From: Planctomycetota bacterium
GTDB taxonomy: Bacteria > Planctomycetota > PLA2 > JAEUHO01
Assembly: GCA_965223505.1 (NCBI GenBank)
Contig: CBDCWP010000039.1
Location: 256,001 to 320,000, forward strand
DNA length: 64,000 bases
Reading direction: 5' to 3'
Positions 52,270 to 62,437 of this stretch are shown in pieces. Both the position numbers and the translations under genes were made by a program. Position 1 is the stretch's first letter. Every line of letters starts with the position of its first letter. The notes beneath the pieces were generated by a model that saw only the letters and a program-made list of their open reading frames with translations, did no database searches and was not told the origin of the DNA.

Positions 52270-53546
52270 ATGGCGTGTTGCGCCCAATGCGATGGCGGGC
52301 TCCAGGCTCACGAACACCAGGCGGCTGCTCTTCGATGGGGCGTGTCGTTCGCCGACGCAGGGCCCTCTGCTGACCCGTTCTTCAGGGCGGCGTCAGTCGG
52401 GGACCTTGTAGCGAAGGCAGTGCCGCGAGGGGGCAACTCCTGGCCCCGCCGGGATGTTCATAGCGGGCTGATGACCTACTACTTGGACTACTCCGACGGC
52501 GGGTCGGGAACCACCTCTCCGAATTCGGCCCGTCTTGACGAGTTGGGTGAGTTCGCCTGTATGCACGAGAAGAAGATGACGATGAGCTTCCTTGGTTGGA
52601 CCAAGGGGACGACGAAGAAGAGCCTTGGGACTTGAAGGACGAGGACAAGCCCGAGGAAGTTGCACAGTGCTGTTGCAAGGTGCAGTACGCCCACATACGG
52701 GTCATGAAGAACGAGGAAGAGAGGGGCTAGTTCCGCCTGTATGCACGAGAAGAAGATGACGATGAGCTTCCTTGGTTGGACCAAGGGGACGACGAAGAAG
52801 AGCCTTGGGACTTGAAGGACGAGGACAAGCCCGAGGAAGTTGCACAGTGCTGTTGCAAGGTGCAGTACGCCCACATACGGGTCATGAAGAACGAGGAAGA
52901 GAGGGGCTACGCTCGATCGAGATTCAGGGTAAAAGTGAGGATGTCGTACAAGCCAGGCGACGAGAACCCGGACAAGTGCTCTCTCGTCTGGGAGGAGCGT
53001 ACTTCGAGGACGTACCACGTCCCGCCTCGTACCACTGATGGTGCCATCACGGCGACTCCTCCGGAGGACGAGATTGAGGTGCCCCAGGGGCCGACGCAGC
53101 CGGGCGCAATCGAGCCCGACCTTACTCCTGAGTGGGTCGATGTGAGCAAGCAGGCGCGCAAGACACCCGGATGGAAGAACCCTGGCGCTGGCGTTGCAGA
53201 CGAGCCCAGCTGGAATGATCGACTGCCGACGAGCGGCTGCCCCGAGCGCGTCATTTGGCGGAAACTTGACGAGCCGGGCGCGCCAAAGAAGGGGTGGCCG
53301 CGAACGCTTCAGGTGAAGATCACGATCAAGAATGGGGCAAGCTGCGCCGCGTCGACGGTCCTGAAGTTCCGGCAGCACATTAACGGTCAGGGCCGGGTCA
53401 CGACTGACCCATCGCATACGAGTGGAAATTGGCGAAACCCAGGCGTCATTTCTGTCGAGCCGGGCACCGAACAGCCCGACCCCGAGGGCTGGCTGGAGCC
53501 AAAGGCGGGGGACAAGGATGCGAAACCGAAGGATGACGGGAAGTAG
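52270..53546 (+). pseudogene. ~365-aa Cys-rich protein disrupted by a 179-bp tandem duplication
   Basis: GAGGAGG RBS, MACCAQC start; deleting 52550-52728 restores a 1098-nt ORF. Confidence 0.75.
52550..52908. repeat. tandem duplication, 179 + 180 bp
   Basis: 52550-52728 vs 52729-52908 identical except one missing C in the first copy. Confidence 0.95.
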
Positions 53547-53605
53547 CGAGGATTCCCTTGTTGGGTCAGTGCTACCGGGCGACGATTCGGCAGGGAGGCG
53601 TGCGT

Positions 53606-54199
53606 ATGCACCGATGCGGGATACTAGTGAGCCTCAGTTTCCTCCTGTCCAGCACCGTAGCTGGTTGCGGAGACTCGGGGGACGGGGGGGGGGCGCGCGC
53701 ATCGGTGCATCCCGCGGGCATGGGCCTCATCTTCGACGGGATTGTCGACCTCGAGAAGACGGCTGAGCCCTACCGTTGCGAGCTTTCTCTTGGCGTCTAC
53801 GAGGATGCCAATGACCGGCCTTTACGCATCGCATTCTACAGCGACTCCGGAACACAGGTGGCCGCTTGGGACGTGACCTGGTACGACGCTTTCGTAATTC
53901 GCGACAGCGTCTTGTATCGGGCGACCCTGCAGTTCCCGTGGGGTCCTGCGCGGAGTGGCAATGTCCTGGCGGCCCTCGATCTACGTCGGAATGGCGCAGA
54001 GTTGTGGAGTACGCGAATTCCGGTCCCAGCAGGGGCGTTAGCGGAGGGTCGGGTCCGTGGGGCAACGGTCCGGTTCGAGTTTGACTCCGCCGGCGGCCTG
54101 TTGCTTGTTGTCCAGGGAGATGATGGACCGGCGGTTCCGTACGCTGTCGAGCGCACGACTGGGGCGCTGAGCGAGCCGTCCCTCCTAAGTGACTCCTAG
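53606..54199 (+). CDS. lipoprotein, candidate immunity protein
   Basis: GGAGG RBS; lipobox VAG-C. Confidence 0.7.
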   Translation: MHRCGILVSLSFLLSSTVAGCGDSGDGGGARASVHPAGMGLIFDGIVDLEKTAEPYRCELSLGVYEDANDRPLRIAFYSDSGTQVAAWDVTWYDAFVIRDSVLYRATLQFPWGPARSGNVLAALDLRRNGAELWSTRIPVPAGALAEGRVRGATVRFEFDSAGGLLLVVQGDDGPAVPYAVERTTGALSEPSLLSDS

Positions 54200-54233
54200 G
54201 TAGGCAGCACGTGCTCCGGAGGAGCCTGACCTC

Positions 54234-54503
54234 CTAGGCGACGTCGCTATGAGCATTCGCCCTCTCGGGAGGAACGCTGCTGTCTCGAACTCTGACGGTC
54301 ACCTGTGTGCCCGGAGCCGTTCCGATCGGAACCGTCGCGTTTGCGGCGCTGCCTGACTGGTGTGGGGTTACGGAGGCGCCAGGAGGGTTGACCGGGGGCG
54401 GAGGAACCTCGAAGTCATATGGGGGATTCCCACCCGATACGGTGACCTCGAAACCCTGCAAAGGGTCGAAGGGATCCGGGTCAACTGTGACGACCAACGG
54501 CAT
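54234..54503 (-). CDS. small Ig-like beta protein
   Basis: GAGGAGG RBS; VSGGNPPYDF...VTVRVRDS motif typical of Ig-like repeats. Confidence 0.6.
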   Translation of the reverse strand: MPLVVTVDPDPFDPLQGFEVTVSGGNPPYDFEVPPPPVNPPGASVTPHQSGSAANATVPIGTAPGTQVTVRVRDSSVPPERANAHSDVA

Positions 54504-54555
54504 TCGCACCTCCTCTTCAAGGTGCTATATCACGCCGTTCTTGCCTCCCAAGTTT

Positions 54556-55034
54556 CTACTGTCGCTCAATGGTCGAGATGAGCGCTTCGGCTCGCTTTCG
54601 TGCGTCCCCTGATGAGCCGTCGCGGATCGCCTTGATGGAACGTAGGTGCATCGGGTCGGCGAGGTCCTCCAAGATCGTGAGTATCTCGTCCACGCGACTC
54701 CCGCTCTTCGACTCCATGTCCCAATGCACTAGATTGGCGACCAGGGCGGCGCGGCGAGCTCCATTGGTCTGACGAACCGCCTTGATCAACGTTGGCCGAC
54801 ACGAGACCCAATCACCCTCGCGAACCACTCGAGCGGCAAGTCCTGCTGCGTTGTCATTCGCGCCTGTGAGAGCGGCTTCCCACCTTTCGCGTGCTTGCGA
54901 GTCATCACCGCTTCGCATCATCAGCCGGGCGTAGATCATCTGCTGCCAGGCATCCCCTGCGTCTTCCTCCAGTCGGCTCGACGCGAAGACAATCGCATCC
55001 TTGCCAGGTTGGATCATCCCCGAGAGATAGCGCT
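54556..55034 (-). pseudogene. 5'-truncated helical protein cut by the transposon end
   Basis: ORF remnant abuts the TGT end at 55035. Confidence 0.5.
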
Positions 55035-55042
55035 TGTGTCCC

Positions 55043-56149
55043 CTACGCGTTAGGCCGCGTCCGCCAAGCGGAAACTAGTGTTGATAAGCGCCCTCTCCGG
55101 AACTGTAGATAGCCGTGCTTGCAGAGCGTTCTCTGCGTCGCGCTGCGGTCGATTGACGCGCGCTCGATGCACGTCGGCATTCTAGCGTTTCTTTCCTTGA
55201 ATGTCTTGAGCGCGGCATCGGTCTCGAACTTCAGATCGTGCTCAAATGCCGTTCTCTCTTGCCTCGTGATCGGCCGGCGGTCTTCAAGAGCCTCCGCCGG
55301 CGTCGGCCCAGTCGCACCCCATGGCCTCGCCGTCGTATTCGCAACGAGCAAGGCGTCGTCGAGGTTTTGAGGTAGCCAGATGCGGGGATGTCCTTCCATC
55401 TGCGCGATGTGCTGTACACGTCGCTTGAAGTTCCCGCCGCTGCGCTCGCACGCGCCGTTGTAGGCGGGCGTGTACGGCGGCGACGTGAGTGGCGTGATGC
55501 CGTGCTCCTCGAGCAACGCGGCCGTCTGTTCCGAGCGAAACGCGCCCGCGTTGTCCTTCTTCAGAATCAGCGGCGCTCCGAACAGCGTGATCAAAGCGAG
55601 CAGCGCCGCGCACACAGTCTTCGTCTTCTCGCCCCGGCAGGCTACGGCCGCCAGCTGCGCTCCGCTTCCGAGATCGCGAACCAGGAACAGTCGATCCTTG
55701 CCCTGCCAGAGGCCAGCCTTGGGCCTGGTGAAGTCCGCCGCCCACACCGCCCCGGAACGAACCCACTCTAGCCGCTTGCGATACCAGCGCCATCGACGCA
55801 GCGCCACCCGTAGCAGGCGCCTCTTCATCTCTGAAAGCACGCGATACGGTACGTCGCTGAACATGCCCCGAAGTACGGCCACACCCGAGAACGGCCCCAG
55901 CTTGAACATCGCATGCAGCACCTTCTGCCGCTTCGCTCGTGGTACGTCATCGGCCTTGCGGCCACGCTTCTCGTACACCGGCTTGCCCTGGCGAACGCGA
56001 AGCTCCCAACGCCTGATCGTTCGCTCGGCCACGCCAAGGACTCGCGCCAGGTAGGCGCGTGTTTCCTTGTCCCAGCCACTTCGCCGCATCACCTCCACGG
56101 CCTGAAGCCGGAACTTCACCTGCTCCTCGTACGACATCTTCTCGCTCAT
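55043..56149 (-). CDS. HTH + rve-type DDE transposase 2
   Basis: WAADFT, KDNAGAF, SPPYTPAYNGACER. Confidence 0.85.
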   Translation of the reverse strand: MSEKMSYEEQVKFRLQAVEVMRRSGWDKETRAYLARVLGVAERTIRRWELRVRQGKPVYEKRGRKADDVPRAKRQKVLHAMFKLGPFSGVAVLRGMFSDVPYRVLSEMKRRLLRVALRRWRWYRKRLEWVRSGAVWAADFTRPKAGLWQGKDRLFLVRDLGSGAQLAAVACRGEKTKTVCAALLALITLFGAPLILKKDNAGAFRSEQTAALLEEHGITPLTSPPYTPAYNGACERSGGNFKRRVQHIAQMEGHPRIWLPQNLDDALLVANTTARPWGATGPTPAEALEDRRPITRQERTAFEHDLKFETDAALKTFKERNARMPTCIERASIDRSATQRTLCKHGYLQFRRGRLSTLVSAWRTRPNA

Positions 56150-56541
56150 CGCTGCCTCCAACCTTCCTGGTGCGCCACATGCAGCGCGTGCCGAACCCGC
56201 GGCGCCTCGCCAAGCCCGCAATCGAAGATGTCCACCTGCGTGCGCACCACGCGCACTCGGTGCCGTAGCTTCGACACCTCGCGCTCAAGCTCATGATCGT
56301 CGTCAGGCAGCACGGCGCGCGGCCGGCCACAAGCGCCGCCTTCAAGCGCCTCAACGCCGGCCTGCAAGAACCTACGTCGAAGATCCTGGAAGCGCGTTCG
56401 GCCGATGCCCAAACGCTCGCACGCATCGCCAACGCTCCACTGCCGGCCAAGCGTGAGCAGAATCACCTTCACGCGCTCACGCGCCGTCTCGCTCGCCGAC
56501 GTGCGCGCCACCAGCGTCGGCATCTCGCTTCGCCGTCCCAT
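56146..56541 (-). CDS. small HTH protein
   Basis: SVGDACERLGIGRTRF HTH plus coiled coil; translationally coupled to the downstream gene. Confidence 0.8.
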   Translation of the reverse strand: MGRRSEMPTLVARTSASETARERVKVILLTLGRQWSVGDACERLGIGRTRFQDLRRRFLQAGVEALEGGACGRPRAVLPDDDHELEREVSKLRHRVRVVRTQVDIFDCGLGEAPRVRHALHVAHQEGWRQR

Positions 56542-56983
56542 CGCCGTTTCCTTTCTCTTCAAGGCCCGTGCGCAGCGTCTTCAGCACCGTCTTGCCGCGG
56601 TGGCCGCGCTTGGCGCTGCGGCCCTTCTTCGAGGATGCCTGCTTGCGCCCGCCGCGCGCCAGCCCCAGGCTTCGATTGGCCGCACGAAGCAGGGACTGGT
56701 GCCGCCGAAGCTCCTTCTCCAGGTGCTGTTTCTCGGCCTTCAGCGCCAATATCTCGCGCTGCGGCGTCTTCTGGATGCCGCGCTTCTTCGGCTCCATCGC
56801 CCGCAGCATGCCCTTCAAAGCACGGCCTTCGAGCTGGTAGTAGCGCGAGAGCGACACGCCCATCTGCTCAGCCGCCTCGCTCGTGCCGATCTCGCCTGAG
56901 AGCGCTTCCAATATCACTGCCACGTGCTTGCGCGACGTCTTGCTCGCCGTGATCGTCGTCACGTTCTTCTTCTTCGTAGGCAT
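56477..56983 (-). CDS. small HTH/coiled-coil protein
   Basis: TSEAAEQMGVSLSRYYQLE HTH. Confidence 0.8.
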   Translation of the reverse strand: MPTKKKNVTTITASKTSRKHVAVILEALSGEIGTSEAAEQMGVSLSRYYQLEGRALKGMLRAMEPKKRGIQKTPQREILALKAEKQHLEKELRRHQSLLRAANRSLGLARGGRKQASSKKGRSAKRGHRGKTVLKTLRTGLEEKGNGDGTAKRDADAGGAHVGERDGA

Positions 56984-58344
56984 TACTCCTGCTCCTTCGT
57001 GGGCGCCTCGTCAAGGGCCTTGAGCTCCTCGAGCACGTCGTCGAGCACGCTCTCGCCCGGCCCCTCCTTGGCCGCATCCTTGCGCTTGCCCGATGCCCGC
57101 AAGTCGACCTCTTCGCGAACGCCGTCCTTGTCCGTCAACAGCACCTTGTCGCCCTCGGCGTGAAGCGACACCGGCTCGTCGCCGATTCGACCCGCCAGGT
57201 ACAAGGGCTTGCGCGGCTCACCGTGAAGCGCCAACTCCTTGGCGTTCGTTGCAACCGCCTCCTGCAGGGCGCTGCGCACGCTCTGCGAGGCTTCGAAGAA
57301 TCGGTCCGCTGGAACCAGGCCGCCAATGCCCTGGTGGGTGCGCTGGAAGTTGTAGAAGCCGATGAAGTGGGCAATGCGCGTCTTGGCGTCCTCCATGCCG
57401 CGGAAGATCGCTCCGTCGATCAGCTCGCGAAACAGCGTGCCCCAGAAACGCTCGATCTTGCCAAGCGTCTGCGGCCGCCTCGGCCTGGCCACGATCTGCT
57501 TGATGCCGCGCTTCTCGCAAAGCTTGCGAAACGAGCTCTTCCCGCGCCAGGTCTGATACTGCGCGCCGTTGTCGGTCAAAATCTCCTCGGGCGCGCCGAA
57601 GTTCGCGATCGCCTGCTCGAACGTCTCCCGAACCATCGCACCCGACGCCGATGCGTGAAGCCCGAAGCCCACGATGAAACGCGAGAAGTCGTCCAGGTAG
57701 CAAACCAGGTGCACGCGCCGACGCTCGCGCTTCAGGAGAAACGTGAATAGATCCGTTTGCCAAAGCTCGTTCGGTCGCTTGCGCTCGAATCGCTTCACCT
57801 TGGGCGGGTTGCGCGCCGGCGCAACCGCCTCCACCTCGTAGCCCGCTTCCTTCAGCACGCGCTGAACCGCGCCGCCTGAAACCGAGATACCCTCCGTTCG
57901 GATCAGCATGTCGTGGATCCGATCCTGGCCCCAGTCCGGATGCGCGTCCTTCATCATCAGGATCGCACGGCGCGCCGGCTCGGGCAGCCCGCTGCCCTTC
58001 ATGCCGCGCTTGTGCCCGAGCAAACCGGCGGGGCCCTCCTCCTCGAACTTGCGACGCCACGCGTACAGCGACGCCGTGCTCACGCCGATCAGCGGCGCGA
58101 ACTCCGTGGCCGCAAGCTCGCTGCGAAACCAACAGTCAAGCGCCAACAGGCGCTGCTCGCCCGTGAACTCCGCGCTACGCGATGCGTCGCTTCGCACCGT
58201 TCGAGCACGACGGCTGCGTGTGCCGCGGGGCACGTAGCCGCTCACGGCCCGCTTCCTCCGCTCGGCTCCGGCGACTTCGTCGCCTCCGCCTCCCTTCGGA
58301 AGCGGGCCGTCCAACCTCTCGGGCGCCTTCGTATCGTCGTTCAT
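56983..58344 (-). CDS. IS481-like rve DDE transposase 1
   Basis: PNELWQTD, LTDNGAQY, PQTLGKIERF, YNFQRTHQG. Confidence 0.92.
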   Translation of the reverse strand: MNDDTKAPERLDGPLPKGGGGDEVAGAERRKRAVSGYVPRGTRSRRARTVRSDASRSAEFTGEQRLLALDCWFRSELAATEFAPLIGVSTASLYAWRRKFEEEGPAGLLGHKRGMKGSGLPEPARRAILMMKDAHPDWGQDRIHDMLIRTEGISVSGGAVQRVLKEAGYEVEAVAPARNPPKVKRFERKRPNELWQTDLFTFLLKRERRRVHLVCYLDDFSRFIVGFGLHASASGAMVRETFEQAIANFGAPEEILTDNGAQYQTWRGKSSFRKLCEKRGIKQIVARPRRPQTLGKIERFWGTLFRELIDGAIFRGMEDAKTRIAHFIGFYNFQRTHQGIGGLVPADRFFEASQSVRSALQEAVATNAKELALHGEPRKPLYLAGRIGDEPVSLHAEGDKVLLTDKDGVREEVDLRASGKRKDAAKEGPGESVLDDVLEELKALDEAPTKEQE

Positions 58345-58443
58345 CTCTCTTCCTTTCCCTGGCACATAGGCCAGCCAAAGGAGAGAGCCTTATCAACACC
58401 GGTTTCCTGCCCTTCGCAGGTCACCTATTCGTCGAGGGAGACA

Positions 58444-58713
58444 GCTGCGAATGTTGCCGTCGGTAGCACGGACGTATCCCAAACGGCCTTTGTTCAAGAA
58501 GGCGACTGGGATGCGCTTGATCAGCTCCTGGCCGCCCACGACATCCCGCGGGACGACGTAGCTGACCTCAAGAAGGCGGTTGAAGCGGAGCCCGATTCGA
58601 ATGCCCTTGGTCCGCGGGTGGGTGGATGGCTCGCAAAGATGGCGAACAAGGCCTCCGAAACAGCTGTCGCGGCGGTCACGAAGGGCGTGCTCGGGTACTA
58701 CGGCATCGGCTAG
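58444..58713 (+). pseudogene. C-terminal remnant resembling the tail of AbiTii-domain proteins
   Basis: GDWDAL...LKKAVEAE...GPRVGGWL...LGYYG pattern recalled from that family; truncated at the transposon end. Confidence 0.45.
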
Positions 58714-58809
58714 GTCGGGAGTGGGTAGAACGCGCAAATCAGCGGCCCGCCTTTGGGTGTGGTAGGGTCGAAGCCCTAGCGCCGTGGCGACTTGGAGTGA
58801 GCCCCGGGC

Positions 58810-58962
58810 ATGGCCGAGGACAAAGACAAGAAGAAACGCCCCCCTGGACGCCCTGAGGAGCCTCTGAAGGCCCCGGCGGACGATTGGGAGGACAACCTCG
58901 ACCGCATCCTCAAGGCGGGAGCGCCTAGAGAGCGGAAGCCCAAGAAGGGCCAGGGGAAGTAG
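58810..58962 (+). CDS. small basic hypothetical peptide
   Basis: 50-aa ORF MAEDKDKKKRPPGRPEEPLK. Confidence 0.35.
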   Translation: MAEDKDKKKRPPGRPEEPLKAPADDWEDNLDRILKAGAPRERKPKKGQGK

Positions 58963-58978
58963 CCCCGGAGGCTCATAC

Positions 58979-59206
58979 GTGCCCCAAAGGCGGGATGTTC
59001 CATACAGGCCCCCGGTGAATCCCGGCGGCAAGTTCTGCAAGGCTGGGGTCTGTATCGCAGTCGTGGGGCTCGTCGCGATGGTGCTGGTGCGGATCTATGG
59101 CCCCAGGGACATCCGGGACCTAGCCTGGACGTTTGCAGCAGCGGCGACGGTCTTTCTTCTCGGGGGCTTCATGTACGCCTTTGGAATTTTGATCCGGGGG
59201 CGATAG
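58979..59206 (+). CDS. small two-TM protein
   Basis: Two hydrophobic helices. Confidence 0.4.
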   Translation: MPQRRDVPYRPPVNPGGKFCKAGVCIAVVGLVAMVLVRIYGPRDIRDLAWTFAAAATVFLLGGFMYAFGILIRGR

Positions 59207-59584
59207 CAGCAAGATTTGCGCGTTCTACCTACCCCCGGGCTAGGTAGCGCGGCCTCGGAACTTCGATTTGCCCTCACCGAATGTGAGGGCACGCGCCGCA
59301 GAGCCCCATTCGTTCAAATGCGTTTCGGCGCGAAGATCGCCATCAGATGGGCGACCGAGCCCTATTCCTTGCGGGATGTAGCCCGAACCGCAAGTGCGTC
59401 TGAAAATCAGGGGGTCGGCGATTCGAGTTCGCCTCTGGCCACCACTCTTTTCTTCGTCCTCGAGCGAGATCCAAAGGGCGAGGAACCCCGAGCTCTTCAT
59501 TCCCGGCCCGTGCCTCGTTCGGTCTTCCGTCTCCCGGGCTCCCCGCGTTCGTCTCGTCCCGTGCGCTCCCGCGGCGCGCGACCT

Positions 59585-61879
59585 CTACTTCCCCAGCGGG
59601 ACCCAGCCTTCGACCAGCGGACTCCGCCGCCAGGTCCCGGCGTCGATCCACTCACGGGTGCGTCGCCTACCGGCGCCGCCGAACCCGTCATCGAACGGGA
59701 GCGTCGGGTAGACGCCCTGCAACATCAGCATCCACTCATGGCCCAAGCAGCAGTTACTGTCCAAGCGATCCAGCCAGCGATCGATGAACGTTCGCTCGAA
59801 CTCCGCGAGCACGTCGTCCTCGAGGTCCATCAGCAACCACGTTCGATCCTCGTCGAGAAAGGCCGTGAGCTCCGATCGCGCATCGGCGTCACCGGCGAGT
59901 GCCAGACCGATCGTTGCCTCCCAGTACAGCGCATTGTGTCGAGCAGCCCGTAGCTCGCGCAGTCGTGTTCGTACGCGGACGTCGTCAACCAGCCCGAGGA
60001 GATACACGAACTCGGAGTCGTTTCGAGAGGCCTGTATGAGTGCGTCGATCGGTCTCCCATCGAGCAAGAGCTCCCTCGCGCGCGCGAGCCGCTCCGGGGG
60101 CTCGATTTCGTGGACGTATCCGCCCCAAAACACGGGCCGCGTCGCCGCGGGCAAGCCCGACTGGATCGCCAACGCCGCCAGTGCTTGCGCCGCCTGGGCG
60201 TCGTGCTCACTCGAGGCCCGGGCCTCAAGGAAGGCGCGCACGCGCTCGTCCTTGACGAACCCCAGCATCCAACCGTCGTCGGCCCATTCGCACCAGCGCG
60301 GCCAGTCCGCAATCATCGCGTCGACGTGCTGCGTGTCGCCGAGACGCGCCAGAAGCCGGAGGACGCCACTACGGGCTCCCGGTTGTGTGGTCAACCACGT
60401 GCGCAGCAGGTCCCGGAAGGCTCTCGGGCGCCGTAGCTCGAGCGTGGCGAAGAAGGGGATCAGGCCCTCGAGATCGACGTCCTTGTCCCAATCCAAGGCG
60501 CCGATCGATCGCAGTCGCTCGATCAAGCGTTCGACACGGGCGTCGGAGATGCGTCCCTGTCGGACGTGCGCGTGCCACCAGAAGAGCGTCAGCGTGCGCG
60601 CACCGCGTGTCCAGAGCTCGTCCTCGATCCAATCGAGATCGTCTTCGAGGATCCGGATGTCCCACTGGCGTTCCAGGATCAGCCGTGCCTGGGGAGAGAG
60701 TTCCTGATCCGAACGCGCGGGGACCGCCCCCAGGATCCGCGTTACGGATTCGTTGCGCGCCAACGCTCGATCGACGATCCACGTGAGCGGCTCGACGTCT
60801 ACGCCGGCATCGTGCATGGCGCGAAACCGCGTTGGGTTGCCGAGCATGGCGAGCGCCGTCGCCGCGTAGGTCGCGATCTCGTTCTTGCCCGCGGCCCACG
60901 ACGCGACCTGCTCGCGGCCGTTCGGTCCCGGAAGCCGCGCCATCTGCCGTAGCGCCCAGAGAACCAGGGCCGGCGCGACGACGAAGCCGTACTCGCCAGT
61001 GTTGGCCTCGACGAGCGCGTTCAGATAGGACAGGTCCTTCTCAGCCGCCACGAGCGTCAACGCCCAGCGAATCAGCCACCGATGGGGGAGTTGGAAGTAG
61101 AGCGGCGGCAGTTCATGAGCCGGTGGATAGCCCCGGATCTCGTCCTCCAGAAACGACGGCGCGATCCTCACGAATGCGTCGGGCAGTCCGCCGCCTTCGG
61201 GCGTTCGCAGTTCCACGCGCAGCGCCTCGAGCTTGGGGCGCGGTTTGCCCTCGCGTTCGGCGCGCAGCCGCTCCAAGGCGTAGAGCATGCCCTTGACGGC
61301 CACGTCGCGATGGCGATCCTCTCGGTCGTAGAGCGCGCACTGGCCGAAGTTCCATGCCAGTCGGGAGAAGATGAGCGGGTTGCCCTCCTCCAGCAACGGC
61401 AGCAGGGCATTCATGTGTCGCGTGCGAAGGAGCTTGTGGACCCGATTCACGTTTCCGGGCTGGGGTTCCTCGAAGTCGGACGTGGAGACCAGTCCTCTCC
61501 AGAAGGGGAGCATGTCGATGCTCCCAGCCGGCTCATTCGGTCCGTTTCCCCACCAGGCGCGGAAGTTGTCGTTCACGAGCGACAACGGGCGCTTCGCGAG
61601 CAGCGTGCACATCCGGCGGATCTCGCCCAGGTCCAGACAGCGGGGGTCCACGGCTCGGGCTGCGATCGTCGCGAGCTCCGTGTCGTCCGATCCGAGAGCG
61701 GCTCGTAGATGGAGGACGCGGCTCTCCTGGGAGAGTGCGTTCCACCACTCCTTCGCTTCCGAGTGTGCCGCGTGCTTCGGGGCCGCGAGGGCTCTCAGCC
61801 GGCTCTCGACGGACTCTTCCGCCCGAGCGTGGCCGGCGCTGAGAAGGGTGATCAGGACGATGACGACGCCGTGCCGCAC
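59585..61879 (-). CDS. large secreted alpha-helical hypothetical protein
   Basis: Signal peptide ARA|EE; GGAGG RBS; HEAT-like helices. Confidence 0.75.
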   Translation of the reverse strand: MRHGVVIVLITLLSAGHARAEESVESRLRALAAPKHAAHSEAKEWWNALSQESRVLHLRAALGSDDTELATIAARAVDPRCLDLGEIRRMCTLLAKRPLSLVNDNFRAWWGNGPNEPAGSIDMLPFWRGLVSTSDFEEPQPGNVNRVHKLLRTRHMNALLPLLEEGNPLIFSRLAWNFGQCALYDREDRHRDVAVKGMLYALERLRAEREGKPRPKLEALRVELRTPEGGGLPDAFVRIAPSFLEDEIRGYPPAHELPPLYFQLPHRWLIRWALTLVAAEKDLSYLNALVEANTGEYGFVVAPALVLWALRQMARLPGPNGREQVASWAAGKNEIATYAATALAMLGNPTRFRAMHDAGVDVEPLTWIVDRALARNESVTRILGAVPARSDQELSPQARLILERQWDIRILEDDLDWIEDELWTRGARTLTLFWWHAHVRQGRISDARVERLIERLRSIGALDWDKDVDLEGLIPFFATLELRRPRAFRDLLRTWLTTQPGARSGVLRLLARLGDTQHVDAMIADWPRWCEWADDGWMLGFVKDERVRAFLEARASSEHDAQAAQALAALAIQSGLPAATRPVFWGGYVHEIEPPERLARARELLLDGRPIDALIQASRNDSEFVYLLGLVDDVRVRTRLRELRAARHNALYWEATIGLALAGDADARSELTAFLDEDRTWLLMDLEDDVLAEFERTFIDRWLDRLDSNCCLGHEWMLMLQGVYPTLPFDDGFGGAGRRRTREWIDAGTWRRSPLVEGWVPLGK

Positions 61880-61954
61880 GATGCCTCCGGGCGCTGTTCC
61901 CTTCTAGCTAACGTCCATCCCCGGTCTCTTTCGCGTCTTTCGACTCCCCGCGCT

Positions 61955-62374
61955 TCACCGCGCCTGCTTCTTCAGCACGAGGCCCAGCACGTCGAGGCGA
62001 AGCGCCCCGTCTTCGACGCGCCACCTCTGCGCGCGCGGTTCCGCAACGGGCTTGTCGTCTTCGTGCCTGACGGTCGTCACGACGACATTGTCCGCTCGCC
62101 TCCACGTTCCGCGCAGGCGCTGCGTCGTGTTCCCGCCGTCGGCGCTCCAGTCCAGCGTGAAGCGGCCTTCGTCCTCGACGTCGCCCTCGAAGAGATCCAG
62201 CCGCGCATGAAATGTCGCATCGCTTGAAACCCGCTCCATCGATTCGGGGTCGAGCACATAGGACCCATGGACCGGGATCGAAGGTCCTGCCTCGTCAACA
62301 TCGCGTCCGCAAGCGGCCAAAAGGGTTGTGAAGATGAGCACAGTGACAGACGCCACGGAGAGCCGGTATCGCAT
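61955..62374 (-). CDS. lipoprotein (lipocalin-like beta barrel possible)
   Basis: Lipobox LAA-C; GSY and GTW motifs. Confidence 0.65.
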   Translation of the reverse strand: MRYRLSVASVTVLIFTTLLAACGRDVDEAGPSIPVHGSYVLDPESMERVSSDATFHARLDLFEGDVEDEGRFTLDWSADGGNTTQRLRGTWRRADNVVVTTVRHEDDKPVAEPRAQRWRVEDGALRLDVLGLVLKKQAR

Positions 62375-62437
62375 CCGGGGCATTGTAGGGTCCCGTGGTG
62401 TGTTCTTCGGACCTGCCATCGAGAGACGGGAGAACGG

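Larger units (their letters stand above)
55035..58443 (-). mobile_element. four-gene transposon with two DDE transposases
   Basis: TGT...ACA ends; subterminal IR GGAAACTAGTGTTGATAAG (55070) / CTTATCAACACCGGTTTCC (ending 58407). Confidence 0.8.
49608..59444. mobile_element. island 2: integrative element at tRNA-Phe
   Basis: 45-bp direct repeat of the tRNA 3' half (49608-49652 and 59400-59444); adjacent integrase. Confidence 0.93.

Noticed and set aside
59400..59444. second tRNA-Phe gene
   Set aside because: Only the 3' 45 nt are present; it is the att duplication.
49608..59444. prophage
   Set aside because: No terminase, portal, capsid, tail or replication genes recognised.
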